A stretch of DNA of 64,000 bases from Xylographa opegraphella (taxonomy: Eukaryota), in assembly GCA_022813865.1 (NCBI GenBank), contig JALDZX010000005.1, positions 496,001-560,000 of the forward strand, written 5' to 3'. Position numbers and translations under genes: made by a program. Below, one piece after another: positions 51,017 through 64,000 of this stretch; the stretch's first letter is position 1, and each line of letters starts with the position of its first letter. The notes under the pieces were generated by a model. It was not told the DNA's origin and searched no databases. It saw only the letters and a list, made by a program, of their open reading frames with translations.

Positions 51017-52889
51017 ATGGGCTTCCTGTCAAAGTTTGAGCGCCAAGCTCCAGCAACCACTACGGACTATGTGGAGGAAGTTGTATCAAGTCCACCCTTA
51101 GATGTGGAGAAGGCACGGGGAGAGGTACAGGACGATGGCAATGCCGTAGCTCACCACCATCACATTGATCCGGAGGCAGAGAAGCGTGTCGTTCGTAAGC
51201 TAGACTGGAGGGTGACGCCGTTGGTATCAGCGTTATGTATGTCTAGAAATACTACAGCCGTCGCTCTCCGCTGACGGTACGCTGGCAGATCTCGTCTCGT
51301 TCCTGGATCGATCGAATATTGGGTATACGCAAATTCTTGATATCAACTCAAATCAGCTGACATTCAAGGAAGAAACGCCAAGATTGCTGGTATGTCGGAA
51401 GACCTTGATCTTACTGGCAATCGCTATCAGTGGCTTCTGAATATCTTTTATATCTCCTACATTCTCTTCGAGGTTCAGGTTATCATGTGGAAAATCATGC
51501 CTCCGCACATATGGGCTACCATAGTTGTGCTGGGCTGGGGTCTTATTGCAACACTCCAAGCAGCAACATTCAACTGGCCGGGAGAAATGGTGTGTCGTTT
51601 CCTATTGGGAGTCACAGAAGCTGGATTTGGACCTGGCATTCCTTACCTGCTATCGTTTTTCTATCTTCGACATGAGCTTGGACTACGGTGTGGCATTTTC
51701 CTGTCTTGCGCACCGTTAGCAACGACTTTTGCAGGTATATTTAGCTGCAGACCTATTGTAGAATCAACGTGATCTAACATAAACGAAGGAGCTCTTGCTT
51801 ATGGTATAACGAGCGGCCATGCGGGAATCGCGAACTGGAGGCTGCTCTTCCTGGTGGAAGGTATTCCCACAATCCTCCTGGCTCCGGTTGTCTTCTTTTT
51901 CCTTCCGGATTCGCCTGACAAAGCAAGATTCTTGACTGAAGATGAGAAGCTCATTGCCAAGGCGAGGGGGGTGAGACAAGTCGGGACACACGAGAGAATT
52001 GGCGGTGTGGTGTGGAAGGACATCGGTCTCTGCTTATTGGACCCCATTGCGTGGTTCACTGCTGTAAGTCATTTGCCATAAGGCATGACCAGTCTCTAAT
52101 AATCTGCAGCTCATGTACTTCAGCTGTAACGTCAGCTTCTCATCTCTTCCTGTTTTTCTTCCGGTAAGCCAATCATCTGCGCATGAAATGGTCCCAGCGG
52201 CTTGTTGCTTACGCGCTACAGACGATTGTCCAGGATATGGGCTTCACTGCGGTGAACGCGCAAGGCCTGACTGCTCCGCCATACTTCATCTCGTTCTTAG
52301 TCACCATCATTTCGACCTATATCGCGGATCGGACACAGCAGCGTGGCTATATGCTAATGTTCCTTTCATGTGTTGGCGGTATTGGCTATATTCTGCTGGC
52401 GACATGCGAGTCCATTGGGGCGCGCTATTTTGGTGTCTTCCTCGCGGCGTCTGGAATCTTCCCTTGTATCGCAAACATCTTGCCATGGGTTCTGAGTAAG
52501 TAAAAGACCCCCTATTGCGACCAAGTCCAAGATATACAAGGTTGACCACTCCCTTCACAGACAATCAAGGCTCAGACACGCGGCGTGGAACGGGGATTGC
52601 AATGCTGAATCTCATCGGCCAATGTGGACCTCTCCTAGGTACCAATGTCTTCCCCGCGAAGCAATCGCCCCGGTATGTGGAGGGAATGGCCATCTGCGCT
52701 GCCTTTACATTCTTTAACGGCTTTTTGGCGTTCGGTCTTCGCACTTTGCTGAAGTGGGAAAATTCGAAGCTTGACAAGAAATATGGATCTCAAAAGGATC
52801 TAATCGCGAGTAGAACAGATGATCCGAAAGGCCATGAGAGCGCCGTATCGGAGGAGAATTATGGGCCGATGTTTCGATATATCTTGTGA
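51017..52889 (+). CDS. MFS anion:cation symporter (Tna1/Dal5-like), 7 exons
   Basis: EKRVVRKLDWR, FLDRSNIGNAKIAG, RFLLGVTEAG, FFYLRHE, WRLLFLVEG, FLPDSP, APPY and NNQGSDTRR. Six introns reconstruct in frame. Confidence 0.92.
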
Positions 52890-53349
52890 GCTGTGGTGGC
52901 GTTTCGTAGATATTCGTAGTCATAATTGCGAATCTTAGTACCCGGTCATGTTGTATCATACCAGCAAGGTTTTGACCTTCCAAGCCGCAATGACCGGCCT
53001 TTGTTGTAAAATAGGCTAGATACTAGTAATGGTATGATTTTTGGCCTTTGGGTACCTATAGGCCGCCCATGCTTTTTCGGTTATTTCTGAACCTCGGACA
53101 TCGCTGCCTTATCGACAGAGATTTTCCGATCTCCTGATGCTGCGTGAAAATTTTAGTGCTGCGATAAAATGTGTGTTCTGTAATGTTCTTGGCGGTCCGA
53201 TTTTGTTTCTCTACTACGTCTTTACAGCTTCTTAGATTTTCCCCGCGGACGTAAAAGCATCGATCTCTGAAATTTTGCCCTCCTTGGTTGTCCTGTTTCT
53301 TGCCGTCGACGAGTGGTCCGTTTTTGGCATACGGAGTGTATCACTGGAA

Positions 53350-55162
53350 ATGGCAAACAATTGGAGGCATGGTAGCGCGTTGGAGAATGACGGACTCCCG
53401 AACTCGCATGAAGCCTCCCAAAAAGATAACAATGCAAGCCTAAGTCTTGTTGCACTTGTGGATATGGGAAGGTTGCTTCCCCTTGTTCTGCTACAAACAA
53501 ACCTATGTCTGATTACCACATAGCAATGGTATCCGCTTTTCTATTTCAGACCTTTCCCCACCCACTGCTCGTGTCATGCCCACAATCTACCAAGACCGGC
53601 TTGGCATTTCTCTTTATGACGTCCAGTATAATGATGGCGAGAAGGTTCCTATCCCACAAGAGATCGTCAGCCAAGTATGTGCCGCTCTCTTGCGTTTCAA
53701 GAATATCTGTGAAGACTTTGGCGTGCCTCACAAGAACATCCGCATTATCGCTACAGAGGCGACGAGGACTGCTATCAATTCTGTCGAATATCGAAGCACG
53801 CTTGAAAGCAGTACAAAACTGGAGGTGGAAATGCTGCCGAAAGAGAAAGAGGGTGAAATAGGTGCCATGGGAGTGGCTAGTAGCTTTAGTAACCTGAAAG
53901 GTGTTGTCATGGACCTTGGAGGTGGCAGTGTCCAACTCTCCTGGCTCGATCAAGGGACTGGTGAAACGGCCGGTGGTACTCTGCGATCGATCAGCCTCCC
54001 ATATGGAGCTGCAGCTATGAAGCGGCACATCGACGAAGCTCAAGCTTTGGGACCGACCGCCTTCAAAGATCTGCGCGAAAGGATAAAAGACGATTTCAGA
54101 CAGGCAATCGCATCATTAGCAATACCAAGTCATGTGGCTACAGTTCCAGGACAATCTGATGGTTTGAAGCTCTATCTTTCCGGTGGTGGGTTCCGTGGCT
54201 GGGGATACATGGTTATGGCTTCGCACGAAATTCATCCATACCCCATTCCCACCATCAATGGCTTCGAAGTCTCGAGAGCTCAGTTTATGCGGAGCAACCA
54301 GGACAGTGTCCAAGATAGTGAAAGTGTCTTTCAGGTTTCTTCTCGTCGTGTGTCACAATTGCCGGCGATAGCGTTCATTGTCGGAGCTCTTGTCGATGCA
54401 ATTCCTGAAGTTTCCTCCGTCTACTTCGCTCAGGGTGGTGTCCGCGAGGGACTTTTATTCAGTCAGTTATCTCCTGAACTCAGATCCGAGCACCCCCTTG
54501 TCGCAGCCACACGCCCGTTCGCACCCGTGTCGACTGAAGCTTTGCTCGGTCTGCTCAAGCACGGTGTCCCTTACCGGATGACAAATGAGAGATTCACCCT
54601 CCCCTCAGAATCGGTTGGTTCCCCAACCAACATCCCTTCTTTTCTGACATCTCAATACTTCCTCTTTGCCCTCACCCACATTATCAACTACCACGCGTCT
54701 CATCCCAAAGACATCCGCCCAGCCGCCGCACTCCGGAGCACCACGACCGGTCTTCTCGGTGGCGCGCACGGACTTGCGCACCTGGACCGTGGCCTGCTTG
54801 CTCTGGCGCTGTGCGAGCGCTGGGGCGGTGGGATCAGTCCCAGCGACGAAGCATTTTATCGGAGCTTGCAGCGACTAGTGGGTCCGCAACGAGCGTGGTG
54901 GGCGAAGTATTGTGGGATCGTAGCGCAGGGCATAGGTGATGCATATCCAGCAGGCGTGGTACGGACGGAGAGGCTTCGATTGAGTTCGATGATGCGAGAC
55001 GACGCGGATGAGATCTTTATTCAAGTTAAGATCCAACTGATTGGAAACGACGACCTGGGCACAGGCTGGGTGAAGGACCTACAGAAGCTGGGGAAAAAGA
55101 AGGGGGCGGTGGAGGGGTATAGGGTGAAGGTGAGGGTGGTGGTGGATGGTCCGGCTGCGTGA
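53350..55162 (+). CDS. RTG2: Retrograde regulation protein 2 (Ppx/GppA ASKHA fold), 2 exons
   Basis: VDMGS|NGIRFSISDL across intron 53472-53523, ATEATR.A.N, MDLGGGSVQ, YLSGGGFRGWG, QGGVREG and LCERWGG. Confidence 0.92.
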
Positions 55163-56396
55163 CGGAAGAAGGGGAAACTTCGGGGAGATGGGATATCATG
55201 CTAAGGCTTGAAAGTATGGAATGAGGCTAAGGCGTTCGAGGTGACGATGAAGTAAGGATATGGTACATTGCACCAAGGACAGAATCACGTTACCACAAAG
55301 CTCCGGAGTACACGGTAGTCGTAGGGCAGAGCATCACTTTTGTACTGGGAGGTTTCGAACAGGAGTCTGAAAGGGCGTTCCAGTCAAGATCGAACGCCTG
55401 GGCTCCCGACCACGTGCAGGGCCGTAGCTGGGCCTGCAAGCCTCGGGAGCGGACATGAACCTGTCGTCGACCAGCACGTGTATCCACGAGGATGTGAATG
55501 CTCTGTTTGCGGCAGTGAAGAGTTGCCACCTCTATCTGGAGCAGACCCGCTTGACGCTCCAGGGCCCCGGCGGTGGGGGCAGCTAATCTGGTCTCCTAAA
55601 ATGGACGGACAGGGGGGTTTGTGGGGAAGAGGAATGGCGGGTCGGCCCGCTAATTGACGCTGCTGCTTCCGAGCACGTCACCTCAGCTGTATACGGCGGA
55701 TGCATTGGTGGCCTCAGGCCGAAGCGAGCGCTAGTATGACTGACCTAAGGTACCTTATCTCTGTATAAGGTACCTACCTAGGTACACTCTGTGAGGCAGA
55801 TACCGACCAGACCTATATCGTTTGTTCACAAGACGGCGGGTGTTCAAATCGAGTGTGCGAGGCGATGAGCTGGTACAATACGATTGGACGGCTGACATGG
55901 ACGGAATTCTGTACCGCAGCGCAATCTCCGTCGAGGGCAGCGCCGCCTAGCTACAATGGGAAGAAAGCACTCCAAATTCCACCTACCTGATGCCCGGGCG
56001 GTCTCCTGCAGCTGCACACAGGCGGCGCTAAGCTGTCTGCAGCGTCTCGGCATTACCGAAGTCATTTTATACATGCTTCGTGTTCTTGGGGTTACACAGC
56101 AGCTCAGCTGGTGCGAGCCATTTATATGCAGCAAATCAATCGCTGTCTATGGTCCTGCACTGCGCAACTCACCCGCGCCCAACTTGTAATCAGTCGCCAA
56201 CCTACCTCTTGTGGCGGCCTGCAACTCAGTCGCTCGTTGATTGTATGCGACTTGCTGGCAGCCCCCACAGCTAAATGATCTGCGCTTTAAACACGCTTCC
56301 TGTCGCTTTCTCTTTGCCGCTGTTCCCTTCTCACATAGACTTCCTCAGTTTCTTCAGTTCAAGGACTTGTTTTTCTATTGTCGGATAGCTCTTTCG

Positions 56397-58199
56397 ATGC
56401 CTGTAAATAAGAAGAAACAGAACATCAAGTCGAAATCCGAACCGAGAGGAAAAAGTACCCGTGAAGTCGCTGCTAAGAGTAGCAAGAAGGTAAGCCCCAA
56501 TCCACTCCTGTCGGACTAAGGACGGTACTCAGCTTCAATGACACATCGGTGGACTGTCCAGAGTGTGAGGTCAAGAATCTGCTCTCTGACACGTCTCGTA
56601 CGACAATAGCCAAAAGCCAACCAGGCGATAGTCCTAAACTCAAGCCGTGGCACGCGGAGCGGTCTCAGATCCAAATCGACTGCTGTTTCCCTTCAGCCTT
56701 TACGAGAAGATCCGGATTCCATCCTCCGTAAATCTCGGAAGTCGCGGACAATCAGTGACCAGGCGCAAGTTGCGGCCGCAGGCGAGAGTCCAACCTACGA
56801 TCGAATAGGTGATCTCAGGACAACTTTGGCAGCCACCTTAGGCGAAATAAACCGATCTCTTGACCATAGTACTACGGAGGGGAGTCCTACCGGAGAGGGA
56901 CTCCAAACAACTGAAGAACTAGACCCAGAAGAGGCATTTAACCGCTACTGGGGCTGTTTACCACCGCTAAATGAAGAAGCCGAGGCCGTGATATCTGCAA
57001 TCATGGCACAACCAGAAAGAGCAAACGAACAACTAAGGATCGGACCTGATAGCAGAGACTTTCCCGTAGGACTTTACGACCGGAATGTTATGTGGGAGCA
57101 AAATCCCGCCCAAGATCTACAAATGGACCACATCAAAGGTCTTGTATCAAGAGCGTCCCAGTTGGAACCCGACGAGGAAAAGAAATTGCATGAGCACCTC
57201 TGGAATCGTGATCAAGATCAGTGTGATGGCGCATCTAATGAAGCCCTCTTTCAGCGGACAATCATGATGAATTTGATATCGCGCCACTCTATTATAGACT
57301 ACAGGGACGATAACAACCAGCTTTGCCTGGATTTCAGTGTTGAGGAACCCTGGACTTGTCCCCCAATGCCGACTCGAGCATATTACAAGCAAAGAAAATT
57401 CCTGACCATACCCAAACCCGACCTCGCTGTCTGTTTCCGCAGAGAAGCTATCATGCCTCATAATGTATGGCACCGGCTACCAGATGCGACACGGCTTTTG
57501 GTCTGCTACGAGAATATGGCCAACATCTGGACACCGAAAATGTTCCACTTTTTTACTATTGAGGCCAAGAAAGGAGGCGTAGTGAGTGATGATACAGTCG
57601 GAAAGCGCCAAAGTTTGAACAATGCAAGTCAGGCCTTACACAATATGTACGAGTTCTTCAGAGACGCCGGTCCACAGCACAAGAAGCTTTTCTTTGACAA
57701 AGTGAGGTTTTTCTCCGTCGGCGCCAGCACCGAAGGTCTGACGATACGCATTCATCAAGCCATCAATGATGCCGAGGAAGAATTCCCTCAAGGCTCCATC
57801 ATACCAGACTACCCGCTGCGATTTGAGTACAAAGACTTCTTCACCATCCCCAAAGCAGGATTCAGTCGAGACGCAGTCTTCCAAATTTTCGAAACCATCT
57901 TGATCCGCTACGGAGCAATCGAACTTCGCGGCTTGCTGACCAATGCGGCCGAAGACCTGATGCGGAAATTGGAGAACGATCCGAGGGAGATGTTGTTGAG
58001 GCAAAACCCCTTTTACTACCGCCATGGGCAAACGGACACACCGAAGAGCAGGAAGTACACGCCACGCGACAGTAAAGCTCAATCACGGGCCACGCATTCG
58101 AGGCGAGAGAGCGTTGGTTATGCCATGTCGGTCGATATGTACCGTAGCGGGTCGGCAACTCCGAAACCTAGCCAAAGCCGAAAGCGAAAGAGGGCATGA
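56397..58199 (+). CDS. Hypothetical protein with a PD-(D/E)XK nuclease-like domain (DUF7924-like) and basic termini, 2 exons
   Basis: Exon 56397-56489, then a phase-0 intron 56490-56609 (GTAAGC...CTGAC...TAG), then open in frame into the 457-aa ORF. Motifs PKPDLAVCF, FFTIEAK and QSLNNASQALHN; C-terminal RKRKR. Confidence 0.75.
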
Positions 58200-58915
58200 G
58201 CGTTTACGGAGCAGTAGGGATGGTCTTGGTATGACCTCCTTTTCAGACGATCAACGACCCAGATAGTCTGGACCGCGTGACATCAGGCCCGCGAAAGGAC
58301 CGTCGGCTCCCATTCTATAAACCGCAGCTGCGTGCCCTCAATTCCTTTGGCGACGATAGTACAGACAGAGGCCAATATTCCGGATCACGAGATGACGGCA
58401 GACGTCGCCCGTCCACGTCGCCATACATAATATGGCACACCTCTATTGCAGGTCGTGAGGGCATGCCAAGCCACGAGTAGGAAGCAGGCTTACAGCCCAC
58501 AACATGTACCGTTATCGTTGCTCTTGATATCGCACAATGGCCACAAAGGGCGTGAAATTCGCGACCAATAAGGCTAAGCGTCTTGGCACGGTCCAGCCTT
58601 CAATCGTGCCGTCTACGATCTCGTGCTATTACACGGTAGGCTGCGACACTGATGGATGAGGTAAAAGACTGTACAAGCCGTGGAGGGCGACTCGACGACC
58701 GGGCAAAGCAGCAGCAGCAGCAGCCAGCCGATAGGTGTCGGAAATGCTGAGCCTTATGGCCGGTAACTTTATGTTGTATGTTATATATCACGAGAATGAG
58801 ACCACGATATAGCAGTCATATACTAAGCTACGAACTATAACGCAGCTCCAACACAACATCATCCTACGCTTTCCGTGCTGCCTAAAAAGACCAGTGGCAC
58901 ACCCCCTCAAAACCC

Positions 58916-60455
58916 CTATATCTTAACCCGCCACTTCCACCTCGTCTCCCACCCCCTCGCCAACCCCAACGTCCCACTCCCCAGCACCACCACCGTCCCA
59001 CCCCACATCTGCGCCGTCAAGAACCCACCCCCATCGCGCTGCACCAGCGCGCCCGCGATCGGCGGGCCCGCCACAGTCGCAAACGCGAGGATGGAGCACA
59101 CCATACCGAAGCGAGTGCCCGCCTTGCTGAGGTCCTTGGTCAAGGACGCCAGGGCGCCGACGAAGATGCCCTGCGTGGCACCGGTGGCGAGGCCGTAGAA
59201 GACGGCGAAGACGTACAGGCCGGCGCGGGTGTGGACGGCGGCCCAGAGGTAGAGCACGAGGCCGAGGAAGAGCGCGGAGGGGATGAGGGTGTTGATGGGG
59301 CCGAGGTGGCGGTCGGCGAGGAGGCCGAGGAGGGGCCGGATGGGGATGCCGATTGCATTGGTGATGAGGAGGAGGGAGATGGATTCCTGGTCCGTGAAGC
59401 CGATGACGTCGCGGGCGAAGGTGTTGATCTGGGGGCGTGTGTGAGCGGTGGACTTTTTTGGGGAGAGGGGGAGGGATAGTTTGATGGGGAAGAGGGGGCT
59501 CACATAGAAGAAACCAAAGTACAGAGCCCAGAAGATGAGGAACATCCCAATCGCGAACAGCACGTACGACGGCTCGCGGAACGCGGCCCATTCAACGATC
59601 GGGCCTGCTTTCCGAGGCGGCAGGCGAGGGCGCAGGAGGATGTTGATGATGACGGCGAAGAAGAGCGCGACGAAGGCGGCGGAGCGGACGGCCCATGGGA
59701 AGCCTGTCGGTGGGGGACCGAGTCAGTTCCAACACCTCCAGGCAAATGGAGATAGTTCACAGCGCATCCGGAACGAAAAGCGTTTTCACGGCCCACAACT
59801 CACCGATCTGCGGCGTGAGATACTGCACCATTGCCGGAAAGACCACGCTCCCGAACCCGGACCCCGACGCCGCGATCGCCAGGGCCATCGTCTTCTTCCG
59901 CGCGAAATACGTGCCCACGACGGCGACGGCGGGCATGAAAGTCATGCCCATGCCCGCACCGGTGCAGAGGCCCTGCGCCAGGAAGATCTGCCAGTACGTG
60001 CGCGCGAGACTGGTGGCGAAGGTGCCGACGAGCAGCAGGACGGTCCCGGCCAGGACGAGATGTCGCGCGTAGCCGGCATCGGCGCCGCGGCCGGAGAAGG
60101 TGCTGATGAAGAAGATGAGGAAGACCTGCACGGAGCCGATCCAGGAGATCTGCGAGGGCGGTAGGAGGAGCGTTTCGGTGTAGTAGAGCTGGTACACGCC
60201 GAACGAGGCCGCGCAGCCCCAGGTGAGGGCGTTGATGAGGAAGCCGACGAGGAGCTGGGTCCAGGCGCGGAGACCGCCGTCGGGGGGTGGGCCAGGGTCA
60301 AAGGGCGCATTTGCAGCAACGATTGAGGTGGGAAGGAGGTCTGTAGCAGTAGATTTCTCCGCGTTCGGTGCGGGTTGTCCTGTGGTTTCTGGCAGTTCGA
60401 TGGGGACATGAGTGCAGGATTCATCAATCTTGTTATGCGCTATATTAGAGGCCAT
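58916..60455 (-). CDS. MFS monocarboxylate transporter family (Mch-like), 3 exons
   Basis: PPDGGLRAW, SFGVYQ.YY, ISWIGSVQ, YWQIFLAQG and ASGSGFG. Introns 59803..59704 and 59503..59429. Confidence 0.92.
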
Positions 60456-60902
60456 TGGCCTATACGGTAAACACTAAAAACAAATACTGTATCCAGGGAA
60501 GTTTCTGGATCGCTGATTGTTGCTTGTATGGAGTGTTACAACGACGGTCCAGGGAGTCATACATTCGTAAAATACAAGAGCAGAATACGAGAGAAATATG
60601 ACTAGCACCGGGTAAATGTTGAGCCATTAGTGACGGTCTTCTGCTTACCAAGGTACCTCCGCAATGATGCGCCAGGTACAAGCGGCGTTAGATCTGACAT
60701 TAAATCTGCATTAGGCAGGTCAAAGTGGCTGATTCCCGGGAGCGAAACCCCTGACCAGAGCGGCTTTGCCCGTCCAACGTCAAGCCGGCTGGAAGTCAAA
60801 CGATAAAGGCAACACAAGACCAAGAGATGAAACATTCTGAAATATGCAAAGCAGTTGCATAGAAGATCTGTGGTATAGGTAAACAACGGCTAACATGACA
60901 TG

Positions 60903-63018
60903 CTAGCACTTCATCCTGATACCCTGTCGCTGTTCCTCCGCCCGGGTCTCGAACATTACTTGGACACCTACGAAGAGTGCTACGCAGGCTGTAGCCAAGA
61001 AAACCAAGCCTATTGACGTTATCAGCACAAGGCAAACTGCGCAGGAAGCGATGTTACCGGAATAAGAGCCAACTATGCCGTGCACCAAGCCTTGAAGTCC
61101 GTCCAAGCCCACTGCAAAGCCGACGAGGTTCGCCGCCATCATCATCAGGATGTTACCGACCGCTCCAACCCCACAGATCCATCTATACGCAGTCTTGTGA
61201 CTTTGCCACCTCTTTTTCGGAAAGAGGAAGCCGGCAAGTACTTCCGGGAGGACAAAGAGTGAAATCAGCCAGCCCCACATCAGGACCCGGAGCTGAATGT
61301 CATGCCATAAAGCTACGAACATGAAGACCGCCAGGAAGTTCAGGCCGGCTCGGATCTTGTCCCAGTTGGAACGAGTCTGTGACCTGCCGCTACCACCCAA
61401 AGGAATGTAAAGGTACCGCACAATCCACTGATTGAAGCTTCGATGCCAGGCACGCCAAAATGCCAGTGTGGAATAGTTATCCGACATGCACCGGACCATG
61501 TTCTCGGGGGGGTCGACCCCATCCAGAAGAGCCCAAAATCTGAAGAAACGCCATGGGAGCAGTAGTTTCAGCCATATCAAGTGAAGATTGAAGTACCCTA
61601 ACATGCTGAGTTGGAATGGCGTATAAACTTCCCATGCGGGTTGGGCTTTGGATATAGCTATAGCATAAATGAAATGCAGCATCACTTCCATGGTGAGTAA
61701 ACATATTAAGAACCTTACGCCGTACATGATTGTCCGGCGAGTTGTGACACTCCTCGGTGTATAGTGAGCTTGAGAGATATAGTCATTGAAGGTAATGATA
61801 GGGCCGGCAAGATACAATGGCGAATACAGTACATATGCGAGGTAGTTTCTGAAGGAATAATCCTGGTGTTGTGCGGGAGTATCGATCCTTTCTCGATCTG
61901 AAAGATTCGCCAGGTCAAGTTGCTTCTTCTGCCATAGTTAGCCAATTCCGTAAGCATCACTTCGCAGGAGCGGTTAGCAGCAAACCTCAACAGGACTTGA
62001 TCTTTCTCGGTCGAGACTCCACGTGTAATCCAAATTGAAACTGATGAGTCGGAGAACCGTGATATTGAACAGAATCTCCCAACGAGGAACGAGGCCGCCA
62101 TACGTATCTAATGTGGACCCCCAATTGGTCCTTGATTTCCCGTCGATGTCCACATCGGGAGTGGCAGACCAAGGCAGAATAGAAGTTGCAATCGTGGAGT
62201 ATGGATAACCTTTGCCCAGTTCGTTGGCAAACAGAATACCGATGTTGAATATCCATGTAGCCGCGACTACATATTGCCTGGGTACTCGTTTCGCAACCAA
62301 GAAATTTGTGTACAAGATAAAAAGCACCTTCAAGGCCGAAAACCCATGCAACGCACACAAGAAAATAAGGGCAAAGTAAAAATCAAAAGTCACTCTCCTT
62401 TTCATGCGAGCTTGGGCCAACTCAAGAGGGAATGTTGAATTACTTTTCTGCTCCTGCATTGGTGACGCTTTTGGTGGCATATCCTTCAATGGGTATATAG
62501 CTTCGTAGAGTCTGCGCAGAAGTGGATGGACCACTACCAGGATAAACATATATGGAACATTGTCACGAAAGGTTGAATATTGATTGTCAGAGTTGTCTAC
62601 CATTCTGCCAGATATCCAGCCAGGGGAAAGGAGATCGACATAGTTCTGATAATTTGGATGAGATGCTAATAGTATCAGCGCCGTTGGCATTATAATGCAT
62701 TGTCCCTAGAGTGCTAGACATACGCTTTGATATATCGTATACGGCCTTGAACATCAACGGTACGCACACTAGGAAGATCACATAATAGCTATAGAACTCC
62801 GGCGTTCTCCATAACGCTGGCGACACCGCATCTTGCAGCGCTGTGGATTTACCACCACTTTGTTGTCTGGCATTGGTCTCCGCTTCTTTCGTTGATGACT
62901 TCGCTGGATCAAGCTGAGTGTTGTCGGTTGTCTTCGAGGGGGCTCTTGACGAGGTGGTGAACCTGGTATCAAGAGTATCAAGAGAGAACAATTTCTGAGC
63001 ATAATGTAAGAGCGACAT
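60903..63018 (-). CDS. GUP1: MBOAT O-acyltransferase Gup1 (glycerol uptake / GPI remodelling), 4 exons
   Basis: LSPGWISGRMVDNSD.QY..FR, LRLISFNLD, YLAGPIITFNDY, PPENM.RC, FWRAWHRSFN.W..RYLY and VALWHD. Introns 62723..62666, 61985..61929 and 61057..61010. Confidence 0.95.
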
Positions 63019-63328
63019 GTCGCGTGCTCATCTTGTCATACGCGTACTTATAGGCTGTACAACAGAAGCGGACTCGAAAACGTGTCCGAAAGTTGAGGGT
63101 TGACCTCGACGGAGCTTGGGCCTTCAACTTTGCGGGAGATCGGCCGCCTCTGCAGGAAGTTCTGGAAACACTTCCTAGCTTCACTCCACAGCTTGAGTCG
63201 CGCAACGTCAATTGAAACCCATCTCAAGAAAAGGACAAGTGTCTAAAGGCTTTAATATCTTCCTAGAGGCACTGAAGTAGATTGAGTCGAGCTGCACAAA
63301 ACCTCCTGCCAGACGGCGCATTGGCGCC

Positions 63329-64000
63329 ATGGCTCAGAGCTCCGCAATCCCCCCCTCCAATGCCGAGTATGGTGGAGGTACGTATCTCATCGTTCATCCT
63401 GACACCCATTCTGATTAGCCACAGATGAGATATCCGCCCTCGTTCTCGATCCAGGCTACTCGACTACCCGCGCCGGCTTTGCAGGAGAAGATGTACCCAA
63501 ATCCGTGGTGCCTTCGTTCTATGCCATTGTGCCGTCTGATGGAAGCTCGAAGTATCTCTACGGGGACAACGCGGTGCACAACCCATTACCACAAATATCT
63601 GTTGCAAACCCGATGGCAAAAGACGGAACGGTGGAGGACTGGGACACAGCGACCAATCTCTGGGAATATACGATAACATCACGACTCACGAATCCAAGAC
63701 CAGGCAATCCCTTGGTCAAGCTGGACCTCAAGGAGCCTGAGATGTACGACCAGATGGTAACAGCTGAGAATCAGGAAAAGCCGCTGGAAGAGAACCCTCT
63801 CTTAATGACAGAAACAGGCTGGAATTCAGGAAAGGGACGGGAAAAGGGCATCGAGATCGCAATGGAGAACTGGGGATGTCCAGCCTTTTGGCTGGCACGG
63901 AATGGCGTTTGTGCGGCGTAAGTTTCATTTGCTGTTCTCTACGGTCCACGGAACGATCTGACTTGGGCATTTCTCTTTAGTTTCGCAGCCGGCAAAGCCT
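63329..64000 (+). CDS. ARP4: Actin-related protein 4 (NuA4/SWR1/INO80), 5' part (runs off the right edge)
   Basis: EYGG|DEISALVLDPGYSTTRAGFAGEDVPKS, PLLMTE, EIAMENWGCPAFWL and A|FAAGK. Introns 63378-63424 and 63918-63980. Confidence 0.93.

Overview
Gene-dense, intron-containing eukaryotic DNA from a filamentous ascomycete (Pezizomycotina). The evidence is short GT-AG introns with CTAAC/CTGAC branch points and fungal-type genes. I reconstructed about 27 protein-coding genes by eye, mostly housekeeping: APC2 (partial), RED-like, THI4, PUP1, NUP159, a Pil1-family gene, UBR1, QCR9, PYM1, HEM14, NAB2, PRE2, CPD1, RTG2, GUP1 and ARP4 (partial). The rest are GH128 and GH20 glycosidases, two MFS transporters, an MBOAT, a PTH11-like receptor, an alpha/beta hydrolase and a few orphans. 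I saw no tRNA, rRNA, CRISPR array or intact transposon. The most notable items are: a divergent TPP riboswitch in the THI4 5' UTR intron, with alternative splice sites and uATGs; a decayed ankyrin-repeat gene and a metallophosphoesterase remnant, both in intergenic DNA; a GH20 lacking the conserved WxE glutamate; a PD-(D/E)XK-like orphan with an NLS; a small Cys-rich CaaX protein; a GC-AG intron; a start codon split by an intron; and a shared spaced motif in two proteasome/mRNA-export bidirectional promoters. All calls come from manual reading and recalled family motifs; no database searches were run.
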